Shown here piece by piece: positions 12,824-24,000 of a DNA stretch of 64,000 nucleotides. The translations under genes and the position numbers were made by a program. Numbering within the stretch: position 1 is the first letter of the stretch; each line of letters opens with the position of its first letter. The notes below the pieces were generated by a model. It had not been told where the DNA came from. It searched no databases and saw only the letters and a program-made list of their open reading frames with translations. Source of the DNA: Stylophora pistillata (Eukaryota); assembly GCF_002571385.2 (NCBI RefSeq), contig NW_019218070.1, forward strand, positions 245,261 to 309,260, written 5' to 3'.

Positions 12824-15800
12824 TTACTTCATTTCTGTTCTTGACTGTGTATATTCAAACCACATGACTGATGGGATCAGTGTTGAATCACGGATCATAA
12901 GGTATTCACAGATAGGCCTGTTAAAAGAGAGTTACATTACAAACAGCAAACTCTCTAAAAACCATGTCTCTCTTGGTTATGTTTTGGCCTTCTAAACTGA
13001 ACCAAATGTTTAAATATATACTTATATACATTTACTATAAAAGCAATCAGATTAATAGTACTTTTGGACCATTTCCCAACATCATTTGAACTTGAATTTA
13101 CATAGATGAATCAGTAAAGATTATTACATCTTCTCTAAGAACAGAACCTTTGCATTCAAAATCTTATGTGTTGCAGCTCCAACTTGATGTCAGGGAACAA
13201 AATGTCTACAAGAATTTGTTCTACAGATTAGAAGTCAAAAGAGATTGAGAATTGACTCCTGCAACTAAAATTAATGTACTAAGCTACTTGTAATCAGTGT
13301 TACAAAATTATCACTTACCAGGTTGTTATTGTTGGAAAGATTGGTGTGAGAACTGTCTGTGTGAAAAAAAACCAAGCAATACCCAATCCACATCCCAGCA
13401 GGAAGCCATAACCCACTTGCTGTGGGGTGTGGTATCTGAGGTATACCCTGTGAAAAAAATACAGAGGTAGGTTAAAGGTAGGTTAAGATAACTCAGGTTG
13501 AGTGTGAAATCTGATTTCAAATCTGTAAGCTTTTAAAAAAAATTCTATACAATTATTTAAGTTTATAAATGGTGATAGGATGCCCTCAAAAGAATAAAGG
13601 CTGATAGTTTCGAAAGAAACTGTTTGGGGCTGCGTCTGTGGGAGTAACGAAATAATTTGGATATATCAACAAAGTTGAAATGGTAAATTGGCCACCATAA
13701 CGATTACAAAGGTTGATGTTTCGAGCATTAGCACTTCGTTGGAGCGAAGGGCTATCGCTCGAAACGTCAGTTTTTGTAATCGTTACGGTGGCCAATTCAC
13801 CATTTTCAACTTTGACGATATATCCAAATTATGCCCTCAAAAGAGTAGAGAAAATTATCCAAAGTAGGATCTTTAAACAAAGGAATAAGTAAACCCGGAC
13901 TAGAATTTAACCCAAGGTTAGGGTTAATCAACCTTCAAAAAAACTGGGCCTAGAACTACAAGTTCAAGCTGTGATTCACTTGGCAATTTTATTCATTGAT
14001 CACAATGAATCTGATTGCCAGTGAAAAAATTTCCGATATCTTGCCATCTCAAGATGTCTTGTTTCTCTCCAGATGCACCTTGTTTCTATCAAGACGTGTC
14101 TTGTTTCATTCAAATCTTTTCTCATTTTCTTGCAAGTGCACTGCAAGTACCAATGGTTTGCATTGTTGTGACACAGATTGCCAGTGTTTAAATACAATTA
14201 TTTGAGTGTTGAGTACTGGTACATTTTACTGATTTTATCTAATGCCCATTACATTTTATCCTGAGACACAGTGGCAATATACAGTACCAGCCATAGGAAT
14301 AGCAGCATTATATGCGTGTTTCATGCATGTAAATCCACAATACTGCGTGCAATTTACATGCAAATTACATGCCTGTCACTTGTGGGTGAAAGAATTACAT
14401 GAAAATGTGTGTAGTAAAATTCTTCATAGCGCATGTAAAATTTTACATGCAGAGTTTTTTGTAAAAGAGGGCAGAAGTACTTACTGTACATCAATTATTA
14501 GTGGTAATAAGCAAGTTTTTATCGCAGAAAAATGTTGCATGTCCAACACAACTTATATGAAAAGTGTCCACTGCAGTTGAATATTTCAAATACTTGGATT
14601 GAATTACTGTTTTTGTTCACATATCTGTCGTCTGTTACAAGTTGGCTGGCTTGCCTTAAGTTGCGTTTGTTCACATTTCACTTTCATTTCATGAATAGTT
14701 TGAATAGGTGGAATTTACCTCAAACATGAAAAGGCTGTCACAAATCACTACTGCCAAGGCAAATATGTTATAAATTACAAGTAAAAGTAAAGATATACTA
14801 TACTGATTTTCCATTTCATTTTCCACTAACTGCTTAATTGCTACTGGTGAATGATTGCATCACTTATCTATTTTGTAAGTGGAGCTCTGGATCAAAAGGT
14901 CTACCATCAGTGCTTTAAATAAGACCCGGCACCCGCCGGAGCTCTGGCGGGTATTCTGTTGTGAGTCGCTGGGTATATTTCACCATGCTCAAGTTGTGGT
15001 CAGCACACTCAAGTTACACTCAAGTTGCTCTCCAGCGGGTGCTGTACTAAGGTAGCCACCTATTTCAAATCTTATTGAAAGCACTGACCATTGAGCCCTT
15101 GGTGTAACATTGTGTTGTGTTCTTAGGTTTCTGGGGTCTGTGATTGGAAGAAGACAACTAAGATTTTAAATTGAATGGAATGGGTTGTCACATGTGAACA
15201 AAACAACATCCATTGGAGAATTATTTTGTTAACATTTCTGTGAAATTACAGACAACAGTCCCTTGAACAGCCAGTAAAAACAAGCTGCCACTGACTCTTA
15301 ACAGGGGCCCTCCTACTGGGGGGAGGGTAACCTGCAGTGACTGGCATCTCTTCTGAGGTGAGTAGCTAGATCCCCAATTACTCAAAGTTGAAGAAACTAA
15401 GATTAAAGCAGCTGCAATATGGGCTACTCCTTATGAGCAGATTTTTCCTCTTAGTCTTGTTCTTTGGTATTCAAAAATCACTGCTTGTCATTCTTGTTAC
15501 GAATAGTTAAAGTCAAACATCCTGGCAGTAATGAACACCTTGTGAAAATGACCAACAAACTGCCACCAACCTACTAAATCCAACAGCGACAGCAGCTAAT
15601 ACTACACCAACTGCTAGTATATGCCGCCATACATTGTCTATTAAATCATCCCATACTGTGGTTGCCTGAGAAAAATGCAGAAGCCTGAAAATAAAAGAAT
15701 AAATCATCACTTGTTTGTGAATAGAATGAAGTATAACAATCAAGGCTTTGATACAAGACCAGCCTTTAAGATGGTGATTAATACAAGGCTGTGCTCTAAA

Positions 15801-17912
15801 GAAAAATTGAATGGAGCCCAGTGCTCTGAAACTGTGAAATCCAGGGTGCCCAGCAAATGTTTTTTATGAAAAACCTAACATTCCTGAGTCACCAAAGAGC
15901 AAAAGTAAGGCCCCAGGGGCCACTGGCACTGCTACACCATGTAGCCTTGTAATATCTACCAAATAGAAACCTGAGTCTTTTGGTTATTTACACTATAACT
16001 CATGGATACTTTCTAAGGGTCAAATCCATGCTGGTTTTCTTGCAGTTACAGTAGCTGCTGTTTTCTTGTAGGAACAGCATTACATGTGTATGTAGACAGT
16101 AACTTCAAGTTTTCCATTACAAATCTCATTTGGAACACAAAATTTGGTTATTTCAGTCTGACCTCAAGTATTTGCTTACCTTACATATATAAACAGGACA
16201 GAATACGCAGCAAAGAAAGCCATAAACTGAGCATGATCTGATGGCATTGCATGTCCAGAATGTGAGAACACATGACCCCCACATAGTCTAGGATATGCTA
16301 AACTGTGTTTCACCACCATGTTTACAAGTTCATTCACTAAAATTCCTCCGAAGAAAGTCATCTGCAACAGAAGAACCCTCTCTGTCAATGCAAAGAAACG
16401 TAGTAAGTAAAATTCAAACACAAGATGATACTTCAAGGAAAACAGACTGAAAATTTTGCCTAAAATGACTCATAATTATTTGCACACAATCATAATATAA
16501 ATTACATGTTTATGTATTTAGTACATACAAAAACATTCAAACCATTGAATTCTTTAAAGCTTGGTAATTTAGTATCTGGCATGCGTGGAGTTGGAGTCTT
16601 GTTAAGGACTAAGAAATTTCAAATCCCATTGTTCATAAAAAGTAGTTCACATCTTTTGAAAATAGAGCACTGAGTCTAATTATACATTATTTTATCTTAT
16701 TATTTTATCACAGGGGAACTTCTCAACTGTCTGCTTTTGATATTTTGGATGTAAGCTAAGAACAGGATGCTTGTCTCATTTTGACATAAGTGATTTAGGA
16801 CTTGCGGGATGGAGTGTGTAGCTTATCAAACAGAACCTTTCAAGGTTGTGGCCACTGTGTCAAACAGAGGGTTCTCACCAGTATTTGCCACCTGAATATT
16901 GTAAGTCATTTGATTAAAAAAGGCTTGCAAAGGGAGGAGGGGGGTCATAGCTATGCCTCTGCCTTTAAAGTTGTAACTTCTGAATTTGCAGGGATTTGCA
17001 TCTTCACAAGGGATATTGATACACAGTACCTTTTTCAAAACTTGACTAAATGAATAGTAAATATCTCTCCATTTCTGTCTAAACATAACGATTACAGGAA
17101 ACCATATGTGGTACTGATGTGTGTCACACAAATAAGCATCATTGTCAAGAAATTTTACCCTATGACAAACAAGAATTTACTGATAGGGGTTTAACAGCAA
17201 TGCAAACCAGAAAGATAAAATATGTACCTCCTAGGCTGTAAAAAGGGTATTGTACTGGTTTACTCATGAGCTGTAAGTTTAAGAGTAAAACACTTTAAAT
17301 AAAGACGTGACATGACACTTTCAATCAAAGAGAACCACTCTTCCAGATTTCAATCACAGTCCATATATGGGAAAGAGTTCCGTAAAACCCCTTACATTAA
17401 TTATGTATTCATTTCATAAAGACTAAATACAAAGGTTTCTTTGCAATACTCTATGCATAAATAATATATGGGGTTATAAGGAACTCTTGCCCCATACATT
17501 TACATTGAAAATAAACCAACCTACCGTGTGTACATCTCGTCGGAAAATGATTAAAGTAATAAAACCAACTACGATAAATATAGGAAGCAGACTACACCAT
17601 GCCAAGATCTTCCCCGTTATGTCTCCTGTAACATACAAGGAAAAAGAGAAGAGCTTGTTTCACCTTGTAGGCTTATAAAACCGTACTACATCTGAGATAG
17701 CAAACTTCGATCTACAGGCTTGCAGCAAATTCAGTAGCGGGTTGATGATGCTTAAAAAACCCGGCAGGGGTCCAAAATTTTATGTCACTACCTTCTGGGT
17801 ATTCCACGTGAGTGAGAGATATTGTTTTCCATTTAACATTGTCTCCGGCTAAATCAAAAAGGTAGGAATCTTTACCACTTTGGCAAGGCCGTCTAAACGT
17901 GTCTTCCGCCAT
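12824..17912 (-). CDS. DOLPP1: Dolichyldiphosphatase 1 (PAP2 family)
   Basis: Exons 17912-17792, 17625-17525, 16361-16180, 15684-15571, 13447-13319, 12917-12824. PAP2 motifs K-x6-(Y)PR, MPSDHAQF and SRVYLRYHTPQQV are present, plus SLTHVEYP and WPICEYLMIRDSTLIPSVMWFEY. The last AAGTAAGT could be a stop or a donor to one more small exon. Confidence 0.93.
13594..13830. mobile_element. Penelope-like element remnant (inverted pseudo-LTR pair) with 14-bp target-site duplication
   Basis: Two inverted copies of GAAGGGCTA(A/T)CGCTCGAAACGTCAG...GGTGGCCAATT...TTTCAACTTTG, flanked by ATGCCCTCAAAAGA at ~13580-13593 and ~13831-13844. Confidence 0.75.
14909..15087. mobile_element. Small MITE (hAT-like TIR)
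   Basis: Termini CAGTGCTTTAAATAAGA ... TCTTATTGAAAGCACTG. Confidence 0.55.
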
Positions 17913-18090
17913 ATTGAATTTCCCATAGTGCTTATCAGTATTTACTTCCATGATGCTTTGTAAGGCGGGAATTATTAAAATGGCGTCTGAATCCATGGAA
18001 ATATGGTGATGTCAAGGTTTGAAAATTGTCTGATCTCTAATCATAAATTTGATATTTTGATGAACAGCGGGTCTTGAAAAGTCTAAGTGG
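17913..18090. promoter_or_regulatory. Compact bidirectional promoter and 5' UTR region between DOLPP1 and the GGCT-like gene
   Basis: The inferred divergent start codons at 17912 (-) and 18091 (+) are separated by only 178 bp. Confidence 0.6.
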
Positions 18091-21000
18091 ATGGATGCAA
18101 CCAGTCTGAATGACGACCTTCGCTCAACTAAGATTCCGAGAAAGTCGGTTGCGTCAAGTACAAGAAGCTTCGCTGTAACAGAGAGATGCAGACAAGAACT
18201 GAAAGACCATGATATCGATTTTGACGTCAGGCCTCCAAGGGGTACAAACCATCAGGTAACTTATCATTATCGTTTGAAATAAAACGCGACAGTTGCTATC
18301 CAGTGAAGTGGACTGCAGTATTCGCACCAGTTCACTTGCATGATGCTAGCAAAAAGTTTAAGCAGTAAAGAAGGAGAGGTTATTATGTGGATACGCCTTA
18401 TTTGTTTTGACATGAAATATCATGACTACATTGCCTACACACTGTATAATTGAAAGTGTGATTCCCGGAAATAATCGAAGACGTGAGTTCTGAGGAAACG
18501 GTAGTGTTGCATTATTAATTTGAATATATCAACAAAGTTGAAATAGTAAATTGGCCACCGTTACGGTTATAAAAGCTGACGTTTCGAGCGTTAGCCCTTC
18601 GTCGGAGCGATTCGTGTGGTATTCAGAAATCAGTCTGTAGAAGACATTGTTTTTGCAAATGCCTTCAGCTGCATCATACTGGTGAATAAATGTATCAAAG
18701 AATGCATGTACAACTTTTAGACGTTTTCCCAGAGGTTCAAACAAGATTTTTCGAAGAAATCTGAATAGTTTTTGTAATGTGATAACTAGCTGAACGACAA
18801 TAATGCTCTACCAGAGCTGAAACTGAATGCTCAGTGACATGAATTGTTCATTGAAGCCAGCTTTTATGTAGCTCATGATTATAGCTACTTCTGACAAAGA
18901 GGGAAGAATTAAACACGATGGATATGCAATTAGTTAAATTAGAAGCAGGGCCAAACAAGATAGGAGTACAAAACTCTAAGTGATATGTTTGGCCTTTTAA
19001 TTTCATTTCTAAATGGCAAAATTCCAGTAATTTATGGATTCCTAGATGCATGTGAATATATTTGAAACTGCATTAGCTATCAAATTGCACACTGGACTTA
19101 CACGGTCTCTGTTGTGAGATAATCAGAAGCTATTGTGATAACCAGGTTAGTGAAAACTTAGTGAAAACTGGCCTGTAATAATGTTCATCTTGAGGGAATT
19201 ACATATTCTCTTCTTTCCCCCTTCCCAAAAAAAAAAAAAGAAAAAAAATGCAACACTAGAGAAAGTTCAAGAATGACATGTTTTGTCACAGCTTGCAAGC
19301 TAAACCCAGGTTTTTGATCCTTTTTATCAACCTAAAGATGGTGGTAAAATGATGAAGGGAAGCCAACGGCCTCAAAAGTTCAGGAAGCAGGAGAACATGG
19401 TAAAGGAAGTGGGAGGCTGTGACCCCCCTCCCCCTCAGCCATGATATTTTACCCCTTTCTCACTTAGGAATTAAACAATATTTATCAACACCTTTGTTTC
19501 AAATTGGACCTGGGTCAGTTGAGCCTTGATGAACTAGTGTTACTGTTTTTTTGTGGGTTAATTAATGGAAAAACGAAGCAGTCGGAAAATTGATTTTCTA
19601 ATTATAACCCATAAATACCTACAGCAATATGAAGTTCTATAGATTTCTGTAGTAATGTTTGTTACTGTCAGGCTGAACCATTGAGAGAAAATTTCCTTAT
19701 TTTATATAAAATCTATCTATAGTTGTACATCTGTCAATATTTGAAGATTCCAAAAAGGATAGACTGATCTTTTTGATAATTGGACAAGCATTTATTTGGT
19801 AGCATACAATTCGGGAACACAATGCAGCAGTTGCGAATTAACTCCAATTGTTTTTAATCCCTGGCAGTATATCCCCTTTGCATCAAATTAGTGACAAACC
19901 CCACTAGGTTTTCTCTAATTCAAAGCCTAACTACTGGTGTCTTTAAACTTTTCAGCAACCAGGAAAGCACTTGAGCATAGACACCAGATTTTCAGAACTT
20001 AGCCTAGGTAAGAGAGTACAATGTTTAGCTGTTTTGTAACATTTTGCTGAAAGTTGTGTTCAGGGCCTTTGAACATTGGATTCATCTAGATCCATGGGCA
20101 TTTTCAACTTCACTTTATTTTTCAATTTTAAGTTAAAGTTCTGTAATAAAGTTTACTGATAATTCTACTTTTTATTCTTAAATTTAAGTCTGAACTTTTA
20201 CCACTTTAAGTTACAGTTCTTGTTAGTGACTGTACAGATTGACACTTCCAACTGGTTGTTCCAGTGGTTCAATTTGTTACAGAATACTTTTTTTGTTTTT
20301 AAAACCTACATGTTTAAAAATGGCCTCTTGCAATAAATGACACTCCTTCTAAATAGAAAGGTCTCAAGCATAAAAAAAGATGCCTCTCACATAACAATTG
20401 TATGTTACATTTGGGTGGTACTGAAAGTTAATGCTGCTTTTTAATTTGACAGAAGATTCTTCATTAGTTGCTGAAAGTGAAAGAGATCCATCCAGGTTAC
20501 CAACAAGTGCACCCACCTTTAGAAACAGAACCATACATAGTAGAGTGCAGATCCCAAAAGGAAATTTTTACATCACCTCTCCTTTTAAACAAGGGCCAGA
20601 GAAAGATGTGAAAGGACCCGTTTTGGTAATGTTTTGGTCAGAGAATGATTTAACAAGTAACTGGTAATGTAGAGTCAAATCCTAAGACTCTAATAATGCT
20701 AGAACTAAATGACTGTTCTGTATCTCAGTTTTAGCATACATTTGGGTTAGGCAACTTTAAATTCAAAGCCACGAATAGCTTCCATTTTAAATCTTTTAGG
20801 TTTTGTAACCCAAGAAATGCATGCTCTGTACATTGTTCTTCAAATCTAGTCGGTGTCTCAGAGGAATAACTTTAATATTCATTCCCTTCCTCCCCTCCTC
20901 TCCCCCCCGCCACCCCCCAACCATCCTCTCTTTCTTTCTGAATGACATCTTGGTCTGACATCCCTGGAATTCAGGTGATAAGTACCTTTCTGTTGTGTAT

Positions 21001-24000
21001 GTGGTATTGGGACACACAAATAAAAAAGCTTATGCTTTTTAATTATGTGCAGGTCATTGATCCTAGTCTTCAGTTGAAGCAGCGGACCACTGCTGGAGTT
21101 GCAAAGATCAAGAAGCAGCTGGAAAGGACAAAACGAACAAGAAATATGATTCTTCCTCCAGCCCAGTTACAGAGAGGTCGCCTTAAGGCACTTGGGCGAC
21201 CTGTGACGGCTTCTGATCCTCTCGTAAACAATTGTCAAGGAATTTTGGCTGGTAAGTCTGTGCATGGTCAAAGTGGCCCTTAGCTTACTAATAGATGGAA
21301 ATAAGCAGATCTTTCATACAGCATAAATGTCGTAGTTTGTCTCTTTATATTCTGCGTACGACTGCGCCCAGACACACTCGTTAGTACCCGCTCTTCAATG
21401 CCACCACGAGTGCATGGGCACGTGTGCACTCAATAGGAGACAACAAATAAAAATATGATTGTACAATTTTAGTTTTTGTCCTGGACGGGGTGTTGAAAAC
21501 ATGAGCTACACGCGCGTAAAAGAGCAGACTTGTGTTACTACTCGCTTGCTCGTTCTGCTCTATGTCTATCGCTGTAGGTTTAATCGTGTGCCTTCGCACA
21601 CATGCGGGTTGTAATTTTACCTCTGTTATCTTATTTCGTCTTCAGGTACACGAAGGTATCATGGTTTTGCAAGAAGGCGGACCAGCCCTTCACTAGAGCG
21701 TGTCAAGTCCTCAAGAGTGTTCTCAACTTCGGAGACAGCATTATCGGCTGCTGTACGACCGGGAAGCCCGAGTCAGTTACTGCGCCCAGAAAGTTCCATT
21801 CATAACACTTCCTATGCATCTTCTGTCAACGAAAGTAACAGCCGCTGTGATTTTAGTTTTTCTGAAGATGAACTGAGTGATGACAGCATTGATGTAGATA
21901 ATCAAGCTGAACAAGTGGCGAGATTCAACCAGGATGAGAATGAAACTAAAGAGAAGCTCCTTTGCCTTTTAACAGAGAACAAAACTCTTGCAAGTGGTTG
22001 TAAACCTCATTTTGATGACAGTAAAAAAGAGCACCCAGACGACAGCGATGAAGACGAAGGCCGATGGGCACGACAGAATCTTCTACCAGCTAATCGTAGC
22101 TATGAGTTTGAGAGAGGGCGAAATAACAACTCTGATAGTGTCCGGAAGGCAAGCGGGGGGAAAACTAGTACTTCACAAGGGAAACAAACACAGTTAACAA
22201 CGTGTGGTGGCAGGGAATCCAAGCGAACTTCAAGTTGTGAGCTTCAGAATGAATTCTCTGTTGACTCTTCAATGATCAAGTCATGCCAGAAGACCACTGA
22301 CAGGCTTCATCCAGAATTGAAACCAGTATCCCGTAAGCCAGGAGCTGAAGAGTCTTTTAACAACCGTTCAGGTTTAGATCCTGATAAAATAATTGACGTT
22401 CATATAAGGGTAATCTCTGGAAATGGAAGTACATGCGTGGGAACGCTTGACCGATCTAACAACGATGATGATGAATACCTGGATGGCGATACCTTAGATT
22501 CTGACAGGATACCTTCGGCGGACATTCTAAAAGTACTTGACTCTTTGAATCTTAGCACTTCTGCAATGAAGCCTCGGAATCCTCGAAATGAGCGACCCAA
22601 AGTAAGAAGGGTGCAGTCTGCTGGTTACATGAGACATACGGCTGGTGCTCTAAGAGAACCGAGACCACCGTCAGGTAAACGAGTAGGAAAAAGAAGGGAG
22701 AACGATAAAAATTTACGTAAGGTAGAAAATTCGAACACTGTTACTTCCATGACAAGTAGAAAAACTGATGACTTGACAAAGTCTGCGAGGGAGAAGTTAC
22801 CGGGTTATTTCACTGAGCAGTACAAAAAAATATTGGACGAGCAGAAACGAGATAGGAGTGCGAGTGCCCCGGTGAAAAAGGGACTTCCACCGCCTAGCAG
22901 CATGACTTTGGTAGCAAAAGAAATTACAGGCAAAGATAGCGATAGAAATGGTTTAGCTGATATGGCATCTGCTAATAAACTTGGAAAAGAATTTGTAGAA
23001 ATGTGTCGTGGCAAGTCTTCCATGGAAAAGACTCCACTTTTTAGCGAGAAGCCGGATAAAAGCTCGAACGGCAAAAAATCGCCTCGAAGTTCCCCAACAA
23101 GTGTGTTTGTGACGATGGAAGATAAAAGTGAATCTAGAGGTTTTAACGATTGGGACGACAGCAGTTCTGGCGTGGAAACGATGTCTTGTGCGACTGGTTC
23201 ATCTGCTTATGGTCGTACTATCGATAAAAGTAATTACAGCTCTGAATTGGGGTGGAGTTCAAGTAATGAGAACTTGTGTACTGTGACTGACGGACAACGT
23301 TATGACGAGCTTGATGACTGCACTGATAGTGTCAGTGATGACGATGATGATGGCGTTAATGCTGGCCTTGTTGAAGACTTTGCCAATGATTCCACAGATT
23401 TGGAAGTGGTTGCGAAAACGATGACTCTGTCCGAGTCAAGGTTTGCACATACTATAGTCTTATTCAGTATCACACAAATTTTCCAAAGTATTGATGACTC
23501 TGTCCGAGTCAAGGTTTGCACATACTATAGTCTTATTCAGTATCACACAAATTTTCCAAAGTATTGATGACTCTGTCCGAGTCAAGGTTTGCACATACTA
23601 TAGTCTTATTCAGTATCACACAAATTTTCCAAAGTATTCTGTGTCTACTGAAATTCATTATAAGAGCTCCCGTAAAAGAAGGCTGTTAGGATAACAGTGT
23701 TGCGCCTCTACTCCTGAGAAAGAAGCGTCACATTCCAAAATTGTCTTTGTGTTGATACTTCACAATCTTTTAACGTGTCTGCTTGGTAGTATAATTTAGG
23801 GGAATCTAGATGTTGGTCACTCATGGGGGTAAAAGGATTACACCACAGTGTACTGTATCTATTGTTACAGTCATCAGATATATCGCATACCCCATGTACT
23901 ACTTTCTTCATATTGCCTCACTTTTAAAATGGTGACCGAACCTTTTCTTTTTCAAATTTTTGCGTTAGATATGATACAAAGAAGAAGCCCATTGCTCCAT

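Noticed and set aside
23421-23637. CRISPR-like array
   Set aside because: The units are contiguous identical repeats with no unique spacers, the context is eukaryotic, and there are no cas genes.
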